In this document: positions 1 to 10,155 of the stretch, piece after piece | Layout of the letters: each line of letters begins with the position of its first letter | Numbering within the stretch: the first letter of the stretch is position 1 | Source: Macrostomum lignano | Lineage: Eukaryota | Direction of reading: 5' to 3' | Length of the DNA stretch: 64,000 bases | Assembly: GCA_002269645.1 (NCBI GenBank) | Contig: NIVC01001272.1 | Coordinates: 1 to 64,000, forward strand | Made by a program: the position numbers and the translations under genes | The notes under the pieces: model-generated | Told to the model about the DNA's origin: nothing | What the model saw: the letters and a program-made list of their open reading frames with translations, nothing else | Database searches by the model: none

Positions 1-91
1 GGGTAAATTAAGAAACTCTTCTGCCTAGATAAGAATTAAAAAGAAAATTGTGTCATTCTGTAAATACAATTTGTATAGGCTGTGTGTTTGC

Positions 92-655
92 GTGTCTGTC
101 CACGGAGTGTCTATCAGTGAAGTGTCTGTCACTGGAGTGCCTATCAGTAAATTGTCTGTCACTGAAGTGTCTGTCACGGGAGGTCTGTCACTGGAGTGTC
201 TGTCACTGGAGTGTCTGTCACTGAGTGTCTGTCAGTGAAGTGTCTGTCAGTGAAGTGTCTGTCACGGGAGCGTCTGTCACCGGAGTGTCTGTCATTGGAG
301 TGTCTGTCACTGATGTCTGTCAGTGAAGTGTCTGTCAGTGAAGTGTCTGTCAGTGAAGTGTCTGTCAGTGAAGTATCTGTCACTGGAGTGTCTGTCAGTG
401 AAGTGTTTGTCAGTGAAGTGTCTGTCAGTGAAGTGTCTGTCAGTGAAGTGTCTGTCAGTGAAGTGTCTGTCAGTGAAGTATCTGTCACTGGAGTGTCTGT
501 CAGTGAAGTGTTTGTCAGTGAAGTGTCTGTCAGTGAAGTGTCTGTCAGTGAAGTGTCTGTCAGTGAAGTGTCTGTCAGTGAAGTATCTGTCACTGGAGTG
601 TCTGTCACTGAAGTGTCTGTCACTGACGTTTCTGTCACAGAAAGTGTCCGTCACT
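92..655. repeat. 15-bp minisatellite (GTGTCTGTCAGTGAA)n, about 37 copies, in a crumbs intron
   Basis: Direct tandem periodicity; it generates the spurious VSE/TDTS/CLSVK ORFs in the track. Confidence 0.95.
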
Positions 656-685
656 GCAGTTTCAGCTGCATCAACATTAACTCAC

Positions 686-1510
686 CAACAGAGATGATGA
701 TGACGAGGCCCACAACGGACACGCGCGATGATGACAGCCGTGGAGACGCTCGCAGTGGCGCCAAGTTTCGCCGAGCAAGTGTCGCCATAGAAGCCATCAG
801 TGCAGCTGCACTCGAACTTGTTCCACAGATCGGTGCACCTGCCAGAATTCTGGCACACGTACTCTCTGCCCGCTCGTTGACAGTAGTCTGGCACACCTGG
901 TCGCCATGACAACCGATCATAGGTGCGGACACTAGACTCCGAGGCCCACTCGAAACCCGACAGCTCCGCTAGGAAGCAGCGATCGATTCGCCAGAGGTGC
1001 CAGACGACCGTTGAGTCGCACGTTGTCAAGGCAACCTTTGAATTTGACGCCGCCCAAGGTAACCTTGGCAGCGGAGTCTAGCAACAAGTCGGTTGCTAGG
1101 GCAGACTTGCTGGACACCGAGACCGAGTCGCTGCTATTGACAGATACCTGCAGGCTGAGAGGTGAGCCCGCCGAACAATTTACGCTAAAGGTGAACGGTA
1201 AACCCGTTGCTATGCCAACCGCTACCAACGCTGTCTGGTTGTCAAGGCCGGCCTGCAGTTGACCGGAGCTGCAGCCCACAGTCAGCTGACGACCGCCGCT
1301 GGACACTGACAGCAGCTGACAGTCCGACTGACGGGTTCGAGCCCACCCGGTAACCGTTGCTAGGGACTCATTTAGACTGGATGCGGACAGAATCAGCTGA
1401 CTGCTGCTGGCGGCGACTGCAGATTGCTGCCGAATGTGGCAGCCGCGCGACCTGGCAATGGGATTGATGGTCACTTGTGTCAAACGTGACAACAGTCACT
1501 TGTGTGTCGC
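686..1510 (-). CDS. crb: crumbs exon 8: LamG3, last EGF and transmembrane helix
   Basis: [52 protein letters not shown], donor G|gtgagt at 685; acceptor uncertain (1498-1520); at least 3 frame changes. Confidence 0.8.
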
Positions 1511-4500
1511 CACAGAGTCGCTGCAGGTAACACAGGTAAAATACTTGTAGGAAAGAAGTGACTCTACATGTAGATGACTCTAAAGCAGCGATCGAAAACT
1601 CCGGCCCGCGAAGCCTCTCTATCCGGACCTCGGGTTCTTTGAAACTTCACAATAGCGATCCAGCTCGCTCAAGGTTTGTCTCTTCTCATCTCCTCCCCTA
1701 ATCACATATCCTATCTCATCTCTCCTCCCTTTCTTCTTCTCTCTCCCCCATTCCCTCTCTTTGACGCGCTTGTCTGGCCAGCAGCAATGATCTAGCTTCT
1801 TTACCCGGCCCTTGAAATAAAAAGTTTGTCGACCCTGCTCTAAAGCGACGAGATGTCACGGTACAAATCGCCAAAAGTGGTCAAAAAGTCGTATAGGAGA
1901 GTTAATTTGAGGCGTCTTATTGTCTGCGACTTTGAAACGACTTTTAAGCCGTAGATTCAGTCGTATTTGATGCGCGCGCTAGATTTGCAGTAAAAACTGG
2001 GTAGATTACCTTGATGAATATGAGTCAAATCTCTAAACAAATTTAGGCGTCAACACAGCAACTCTTTTGAGTCGTCCAACTTACGTGGCGAGCTTGTACG
2101 CAACAGCCGCCTCCCAAACGAATTTGACGCGTTTGAGTCGTTAAAAAGTCACAATAGTCAATTCAGAGTCACTTTAGAGTCACTAGCGAGTTGTTTGAAA
2201 TGACTTTAGTAAGTTTTCAAAGGGATTTTGGAGAGACTGAATAGGGGATTTGGGACTTTAGGGAAATAAAAATCACAGATTAATACAAGCAAAATTCTCT
2301 CACACTCAAATCCACCGGAGCCGTCCAGATTGACGCACTGGGTGCCGTTCGGACACGAGCCGGCGGATGGGTGGCACAGGTCTCGGTCTGAGCAGTTGCG
2401 TCCTCGCCATCCAGCGGTGCAATTGCACCTACGAGTAAAAATGGAAAATTACTACCAAACTTATCAAATTAAATTTTTGTAGTGACGCATGGATCTTAGT
2501 GGGGAGGTCATGGGAGCTCAAATGACTCTCTACAATAAAATAAAGAAGCAATCAGCAAAGCCTCACGAGTAGGAGTTGTAAAACACATCCGAACAGTTCC
2601 CTCCATTCTGGCAGGGTGTGAAAGCTACGCAGACGCTCTCAGTGCGAGCCCCAGTGGTCACTTCTGTGGAGTTGTCGCGCTAACGCTGTTGCAGGCTGTC
2701 AATCAACCCGGCGGGCACAGGGCCCAGCAGTAGCGGCGTGTCACCGTTGAGTCTCACTGAGCTCAGCACTCCGCGAAATGCCGTTGTGTCATTGCCAACA
2801 GCTGCGGCGACACTGGATGGCAGCGATCTCCTTGATCTGCTGACGCTGCCGCTCAACGGCGGAGCCGGGGCTGGCTTGGCGCCGCTGAAGCCGCCGATGA
2901 TGAGCTGGCCTGACAGCTGCGGCAGCGGACTCGCACTGCTCAGCGATGCCGACCTGACTGAAGATGACACTGACAGCGACAGCGAGCGACCCGATATCGA
3001 CACGGAGATATTTACGGAGACGAAGCTGCCGGTGGCCACCGAGTCTGAGGACGTCAGCGCTGCGATGTCGGAGCCGTTGCTGTGCAGTAACTGGGCGGAC
3101 AGACGGCCACTGTTGTCAATCTGAAAGTTAGTAAATGGCTCAACTGATAGTCAATGCAGTTTTGCTTTTGGACAATTCAAGCATAGGGACGAATATTTTT
3201 GAAAAACTACGCTTAGGACTAGCAAATAAATAAACAAATATTAATGTGCTTTGTTTGACGTTAATCCAAACAAGACGTCGAGACACGCTGTTTACGGAAA
3301 AGCCACCGGTAAGATTCACGTAGTAAAAGTCAGTAATAAAAAAACTGACTAATTATAAATGGATTCACTTGGATTCATTTGGTTTTCTACAAAAGACACT
3401 GACCGAAGCGAGCAGTCTCGGAGTGGTCGCCGAGTCGCTCGGGTCGCCCAGCAGCAGCAGAAACGCTCCTCGAGACAAAGTCACCAGCCTCAGCTCAATC
3501 GTCCACGAGTCTCCGCCATACACACTTGACACACCTGCTGCAGACGCGAAGCTCGCTGATGACACGCTGCCGCCCAAACCCAGTGAGAACGATGGAAGCT
3601 CAACGGAGCAGTTTCGGCCTCCGAAGCCCGCAGCGCAGTGGCACACAAAGTCATTCCACACATCTGAGCACATCGAGCTCGTCTTTGCTTCACAAGGCGA
3701 CGGGCTGCGCCGCACTGCACGACCGACTGCAGACTCCCCAGGTCGCGTTGCTCGACTCCGCCGTCCTCTCCGTAGCGACCAATGTCGAGTCGTTCGTCAC
3801 GAGCCGCAGGTCTCTCACGCAGCCGCGGAAGCCGCCGCCGTCGATGCCGGATCCGCTCTCGCCGCCGACACGAACTGACATTCGACTGTTCGGCCTGAAT
3901 GAGTCCGACAGTCCATCGACCAGCTGTGCTCCAGGCATCTGACTCACTCCTGACTCACTGCGACTCAATGTCGCACTGCCATTGTCAGCGAGACCGACAG
4001 CGTCAGCCAATCAGTAGAGGCCAAGCTGTCACTGATTGGCCAAGCGGCCCGACCAATCAAAGACGATGAGGCATTGAAGAGCAACAACACGAGACTGGAG
4101 TCGTGAGCGCCGACTCGGATGTCTCCCCAGTGAGACGAGAGCCGGACCAGATCGAAGTGGGCGAGACTCGTGCGGAACGACAGCTCGAAGGTGCAGTCAG
4201 CTGTTGTGGTGAAATTGGCGCTGAAACTGGACGTCCCGTTGAATGAAGCCAGAGTGTTCTCGTTGCACTGCGGTCCAGACCAGCCAGGCTTGCAGGTGCA
4301 GCGGTAGCCGTGATCAGGTGATGGCAGCTCGCGAAGAAGCAGCGGCTCGCAAGTAGCATTGTTCTCGCACGGGCTGGAGTCGCAGCCAGTCAGTCTGACG
4401 CTGCAGTTTTTGCCTCCGAACTCAGCGGTGCAGCCGGTGCAGGCATAATCCGCTACCAGATCCTTGCAGACGGCTCCGTTCTGACACGGCTGTCCGAACC

Positions 4501-7500
4501 GTTCGCACTCGTTTATGTCGATTGAGCAGGTCGGGCCCTCGTAGCCGGGCAGGCAGTGGCAGGTGAATGAGGCCAGGCCGTCCGTGCAGCTCGACGCGTG
4601 AGCGCACAGGCTGCGGTTGGTGGCCGGGTCCAGACAGTCGTTCGGGTTGATGGAGCAGTCATTTCCAGATGAGCCTTTGGTGCAGAAAATGAACTATATT
4701 GGATAGTAATTTGAGTGCAGGTGGACAAGTTGCAGGGAACACAGGTAAAAAAGCAAAGAAGTGACTCTAGACGACTCCAAAACGACGAGATGTCACGGTA
4801 CCAGTCGTCAAAGTCCTTTAAGAGTCAATTTGAGGCGTTTTATTGTCTGCAACTAGTAAGTAAGCTGCGTTACTTTTTAAATTAGAATCGCATTTCGCAC
4901 TAATAACTTATAGCAACTCTATTTAGTCTACTGAAGTTATCAGAAAGTTAAGCGCTAACACGATGGCTTTTGGAGGACTTTTTCGCGACTGTTTTAACAA
5001 TTTTTGAAAGCATTCGATGTGCTCGTGACTCAAAACTCGCATCTTTATCTTATTACAGTCGTTTGAGTTGTTAAACGACACTAGGGTCACTAGGTCACTA
5101 GTCGTTTGAGTCACTAGGGAGTTGTTTGCAATGACACTTTAGCGATTCTTGTAACGCTAAGTGATAAGTGATAGTGGTAAGTTTAAATAACATATGATTC
5201 ATACCGTTAGAAGTCAGTATTCCTTAAAGCACTTAGACCGACTTCTATCGGTCTAATTAAATGTTAGTGCAACGATCAAATAACACTACGATATGAGTTC
5301 GCTTGGCCAAGGTAGCTTCATTTCATCGATTTTAAAAAACTCAATTCATTATGCCACATGTCGACGGATTCTAAAATGACTTGCCTTTAAATACATTTTA
5401 AGTCCAAGGGTTTTTTCAGGTTGCGAGCACACTATGATATTAAGGGTCGCTTACACAAGCCTATGGTGTAAGGCTCAAAAGCGTTAGTTTCAAATTTTGT
5501 CGCAAATTGTTTAAATTGTGAACAAATGGCAGTGAGTGGACTCAGTGAATAGCAGAAGCTAACTGAACTCAGAAGAGAACTTACCATTCGGACAGAGGCA
5601 CACAAACCCAGCAGCCGCTGAATAGTTAAACACACCATCAAATGGATATGGCAGGCTGGCATTGCCATACAGAGCCTGGTTGCTTCTCTCTAAGCAGGTG
5701 CCATTGTAGTGGCACGGGTTTGGACTGCAGTCCGGCTCATCCACCGTGCAGTTCCTGCCGGAGTAGCCAGCCAGACACTGGCATGTGTAATTTTTCACTC
5801 CGTCAATGCAGACGCCACCGTTGGAGCAGGGGTTGGATGGTGAAGCGCAATCGTCAATGTTTTCGCTGCAGTTGGCACCGCGAAATCCCGTATCGGAGCA
5901 GTTGCAGGTGTAGCTGTCAAGGTGTGGGCGCATTTTATGGGTTTAAATTAACCCACTTGACTATATAATAGAATTGATTGAACCGAAAATATACATTATG
6001 AAGAATGAAGGTTTTCATTTTTTTCAGCACAAAAGTCGTTATTGCTTTTGATAGAAAAGAGAGCCAGTGGTTATATTGTGATATATACTCAGCAACATTG
6101 AAAATTCGCCATTCTAGCTGTAGCTTTATAGCTTTATAGATTCGTAGCTTTAATCCGTCCAACCCTAGCACACCGCTTCCCCCACTTCATTCCTGAACTC
6201 AAGTCTGCCGCGTGGCGTAGCTAAGCTGCGTCACTCGCAAAGATCGAGAGACTTTACCTGCGATCTCAAAAGTGGCGACTACATAGTGAATATTCTGTGA
6301 TGGCGACTTTTCGATGTTGCTGAGTATATATCTTGCCTTTTTTAAAGCTTTTCCTTTATAAAATACTCGTAGGATTCCATGTTAAATATAGGGGGGCCGT
6401 AGCCCAGCGGTAGCGGAGCTGCTCTGGTGTGCCAGCGACCCAGGCTCGATTCCAAGTGCAGTCACATTAATTTGGGGCTGAATTGGAATCTCGGCTTGGC
6501 TCTGCTCGTGCAATTAACGGCTTTGAGAGCCAACCCCCCCAAGGCGCAGTGAAGTGTACATGTCTAACGATAATATAAAGTTAGGGCCGCTGTACACTCC
6601 TGTGTGAGCGTGTGCCTGCGTACGTATCCGCGCGCTTGTATGCCTGCTCAGGGGAGTCGGCGGAATGGGCAGTAATGCCTCTCGCCGGTTGTGTGCCTAT
6701 GTCGCTTAAAGTGCGCCAGGGTGCACACAACCCCCTGCCTCTAATAAAAAAATCCTGCGTCTTATGCCTAAAATCACTCGCTGGTTTTAAGAATCAATTT
6801 AATCATTCTGGTACACATTTTGTTACACAAGTCAGAGATGAAATAAATAAAAAAATTGAACCCGTGCAAACAGAAACGCCTAATCTTTCTGCAGAGAGCG
6901 CCAACCCCTGAGTCATAAACGGAGTGCAACACAATAAAGTGAAATCGTCCGTAAAAATTGTTTTTCTACCAACCTAGAATTGCCATCGATGCACTGACCG
7001 CCATTCAGACAGGCGCCAGCAAAGCAGTCATTAATGTTTGCTGAGCAGTGCCGACCTTGCCAGCCCTGATAGCAACTGCAGGTGTAGTTATTGATTAAAT
7101 CTTTACACAGGCCGTTTATGCACGGATTGGTGGCGCAGTCGTCAATGTTGTTCTCGCAGCGGGTGCCTGCATTTGTGAGGTTGGTTGGTTCGCATTGCCT
7201 ATGGAAATTCATATTTTTATGACTGATTTTATCGCGACTCTGTGAATCAGTGAGCCATTGATTGCTTTAATGAGAACCTTTGATAAACAGGTAAACACTT
7301 GAACAGAAACTCTCCAAAGAGGTATTGTGAAAAATACTACATGTAACTAAAAATAACTGTGACTGTGAAGTGAATGAAGATTTAAAACAATAAAACACAA
7401 TAACAGAAGAGAAAAGGGAGAAAGAAGGAAGAAAAGGTGAGATGATATGGAGAGAGTAAAGGGAGAGAGACAGGTGGAGAGGGAGAGAGAAGAGGGAGAG

Positions 7501-10155
7501 AGGAAAGGATAGAAGAGGGGCGGAAAAGAGGAAGAATGAGAGAAGTGAGAATAGAAGAGGGGGATGAGAGAGTGAGAGAAGAGAGAAAGAAGGATGAGAG
7601 GGCAGAGAGGAGAGAGAGGAGCGAGGAGCGGAGAGTGGGAGGAGTGGATAGGAGAGTTGGAGGGAGAGACAGGAAGGTGAACTCACCTAAAGGACACTAC
7701 TCAAAGCTATGTACAAACAAATACTCCCATGACTCCCAAGAATGTGCTTGCATTACAAGCCAATAACATATATGCAATAAAAATTACAACTTGAAACAGG
7801 CAGTTAAATAAAATTCAAGCCTCAAGCATCTGTGTTGCCAGCAATAACTGATAATAGTTATGCAATACCACGAATTTGAAAATGCAAGCTCAACTCCAAG
7901 AAAGCAAGCCATTTATAAAGCAACCCTAATAACTGTAGCTAATGAAGCACAATTAAAAGTCAGACTCAGACACAGGTGCTTAATTGAGCTACACTTTAAC
8001 CTCTAAGCTTTTAAGCCCCATTATGCGGTGAAAAAGCCCATTGTATTTAAGTGGAGTTTTGATTAAAAATCTTTACAAATTAGCAAATATAATAAAATGT
8101 TCAAAACAATTAGTGAATGAATAGAAATTTTTGAACGCCATAAACCAGGCAATAAATGTTTAGTGTGGTTACCTCTCTAGTTAGTAGGTTAAAGATCTGT
8201 TAATGTTTTGCGGCACAAATGAGATGATTTATGACAGTTTAGCTTAAAATTGCAGTTGCTCCCGCAGTATTGGGGGGGGGGGCAAGGGGGCAAACGACCC
8301 TAGTAACGAGAGGGGAGGGGGGTGGGGTGGGCGAGGACTTCCAGTATTGAGGGGGCAAATGACCTCAGTATTAAGAGGGGGCAAACGACTTCAGTATTGA
8401 GTGGGGGGCAAATGACCCCAGTATTGAGGGGGGCAAATGACCCCAGTATTGAGGGGGCATATGACCTCAGTATTAAGAGGGGGGCAAACGACTTCAGTAT
8501 TGAGTGGGGGGCAAATGACCCCAGTATTGAGGGGGGCAAATGACCTCAGTATTGAGGGGGGCAAATGACCTCAGTATTGAGTGGGGGGGCAAATGACCCC
8601 AGTATTGAGGGGGGCATATGACCTCAGTATTAAGAGGGGGGCAAACGACTTCAGTATTGAGTGGGGGGCAAATGACCCCAGTATTGAGGGGGGCATATGA
8701 CCTCAGTATTAAGAGGGGGGGCAAATAACTTCAGTATTGAGTGGGGGGCAAATGACCCCAGTATTGAGGGGGCATATGACCTGCAGTATTAAGAGGGGGG
8801 CAAACGACTTCAGTATTGAGTGGGGGGGCAAATGACCCCAGTATTGAGGGGGCATATGACTTCAGTATTGAGGGGGGCAAATGACCTCAGTATTGAGGGG
8901 GGATGACCCCAGTATTAAGTAGGGGGGAAATGACCTCATTTTGTGGGGGCAAATGACACCATCATTGAGGGGAGAGCAAATGACTCCATTTTGAAAAGGG
9001 GAGATAAATGAGACTTGTTGACGGGGGAACGCAAATGACCCCAGTATTGGGGGAATGACCCTAGTATAAAGGGGGGGGGCAAATGACCCCAGCATTGAGG
9101 AGGGGCAAATGACCTCATTTTGAAGGGGGGGGGAAATGACTCCATTTTGAGAGGAGCAAATAAATTTATGTAAACATTTAAACCGATTACAGTAATCATT
9201 AAATAAATGATTAATCCATTAACAAGGATATCCGAATAACACACAAACAAACCGCATCAACTCACCATTGAATCCTGGCAAGCAACTGCAGTTGAAGTAG
9301 GGCTCAGTCAGCACAGTACCAAGGCATGTACCGTTCAGACAGACGGGAGCAACTTTGGGGTCGATGCCAATCTCGGGCTGTGCCGTGGTACAATAGTCAA
9401 TAATGACGGTGCAAGTCTGCCCAGTGTAAGGCAGGCTGCACAGACACATGTCTTTGCCGCTGACGGTGACACAGAGTCCGCCATTTTTGCAGTCGGGGCT
9501 GCAAACTGCACGTCTTTGGCGAGATAGAAGTTCTGAGTTGGAATCTATGGGAAAATTGAAATACATTGTTTAATAACAATTAGATGTGGGGAGTACTGAT
9601 TCGGACACTTTAGTATTATGAAGGACACTATTCTGTTTATTGCAAAATTATTTTTTAAACAAGGCCAAGAAAGCAGAAACTAGACTGTTTTGACCATTAA
9701 AATTCTATTCAAATTCAATACTATAATCTATACATAACTGGATAAGGGAATTGAACATTTTATATTATACCTGCCGCAATAGGCAGATGTGCAACTGACA
9801 GCTCAGCCGAAGCTATTGTGTGGCGCATCCAAAGCTGTTCAGTCCAAGGACTGGGGGGTCGCCACACACTTCCTCAATCACTCCAGCTAATGCTGGCACC
9901 CATTTTACAGCTGGGTGAACTGAATCAATGCAGAGTTAAGTGTCTTGCTCAAGGACACAAATTGTTCCAAGTGGGACGAGAACCTTACAGCTATGAGTCC
10001 AACACTTAAGCCACTAGGCTACAACCCTTTTTACAATATCTTATAAATATTAAATATTCAAAGAACTTACTATGGAACAGTTCAGCTGTGACAGGCATAA
10101 TGATAACCAAAATCAAGGCACACATCAGTATTGTTAAAACACTATGAGAAGCCAT
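686..10155 (-). CDS. crb: Crumbs-like protein (signal peptide, about 10 EGF, LamG-EGF-LamG-EGF-EGF-LamG-EGF-TM); 3' end lies left of the window
   Basis: Exons 10155-10071, 9544-9266, 7166-6974, 5913-5585, 4674-3404, 3120-2567, 2428-2304, ~1510-686. GT-AG ends and phases are compatible for exons 1-7; the exon 7/8 junction is unresolved. It has the Crumbs-specific inserted EGF ([11 protein letters not shown]...[13 protein letters not shown]), LamG starts (TLASFNG...ELSFRTSL) and a TM segment ([16 protein letters not shown]). Several apparent frameshifts. Confidence 0.88.
1527..2220. repeat. Dispersed GACTC/GAGTC-rich intronic repeat, copy 1 (interrupted by the hAT MITE)
   Basis: Shares blocks ACACAGGTAAAA..AAAGAAGTGACTCTA, CGACGAGATGTCACGGTAC and GAGTCACTAG.GAGTTGTTTG with 4738-5150. 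Confidence 0.6.
1586..1837. mobile_element. hAT/Charlie-type MITE
   Basis: 8-bp TSD CTCTAAAG (1578-1585, 1838-1845); imperfect termini CAGCGATCGAAAACT / CAGGGTCGACAAACT. Confidence 0.8.
2304..2428 (-). CDS. crb: crumbs exon 7: EGF ([12 protein letters not shown]...[17 protein letters not shown])
   Basis: Acceptor cgtag|G TGC completes the TC of exon 6; donor gtgaga. Confidence 0.8.
2567..3120 (-). CDS. crb: crumbs exon 6: LamG2 plus start of an EGF
   Basis: Acceptor tttcag|[18 protein letters not shown], then [16 protein letters not shown]; in-frame TAG at 2680-2682; donor TC|gtgagg. Confidence 0.85.
3404..4674 (-). CDS. crb: crumbs exon 5: 3 EGF, LamG1, EGF, start of LamG2
   Basis: Open frame from 4674 to ~3986 (read by hand), then frame changes at ~3986 and ~3715-3720; donor TCG|gtcagt. 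Confidence 0.85.
4738..5150. repeat. Dispersed GACTC/GAGTC-rich intronic repeat, copy 2
   Basis: Same blocks as 1527-2220. Confidence 0.6.
5585..5913 (-). CDS. crb: crumbs exon 4: EGF repeats including the Crumbs-type inserted EGF
   Basis: Within ORF 5559-5933; acceptor gacag|, donor AAT G|gtaag. Confidence 0.9.
6088..6324. mobile_element. MITE with ~25-bp TIRs in a TATATA target (TA-type TSD)
   Basis: Left CTCAGCAACATTGAAAATTCGCCAT; right reverse complement CTCAGCAACATCGAAAAGTCGCCAT; TATATA on both flanks. Confidence 0.8.
6391..6752 (+). mobile_element. tRNA-derived SINE-like element (3' end uncertain)
   Basis: Pol III A box TAGCCCAGCGG (6400) and B box GGCTCGATTCC (6443) in a tRNA-like head; A-rich end at ~6745-6752. 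Confidence 0.55.
6974..7166 (-). CDS. crb: crumbs exon 3: EGF repeats
   Basis: [16 protein letters not shown]...; acceptor gcag|, donor TCT AG|gttggt. Confidence 0.9.
7410..7680. repeat. Purine-rich (GA) low-complexity tract
   Basis: Almost only G and A on the + strand. Confidence 0.85.
8325..9150. repeat. G-rich ~28-30-bp minisatellite (CAGTATTGAGGGGGGCAAATGACC[C/T]) with higher-order variants
   Basis: Direct periodicity; three subunit variants recur in order and degenerate toward 9150. Confidence 0.9.
9266..9544 (-). CDS. crb: crumbs exon 2: RQRR motif plus 2 EGF repeats
   Basis: Within ORF 9219-9566; acceptor ccatag|, donor AAT G|gtgagt. Confidence 0.9.
9771..10026 (-). mobile_element. 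tRNA-headed SINE with CORE-like central block
   Basis: Minus-strand head GGTTGTAGCCTAGTGG...; block CCTTGAGCAAGACACTTAACTCTGCATTGATTCAGTTCACCCAGCTGTAAAA; a second copy lies at 30017-30218. Confidence 0.75.
10071..10155 (-). CDS. crb: crumbs exon 1: signal peptide [28 protein letters not shown]
   Basis: ATG at 10155, hydrophobic stretch, donor CAT A|gtaagt; phase 1 joins exon 2 (AT TCC). Not in the ORF track. Confidence 0.85.

Noticed and set aside
50-697. Several 60-237 aa ORFs (VSE, TDTS, CLSVK repeats)
   Set aside because: Translations of the 15-bp minisatellite in an intron.
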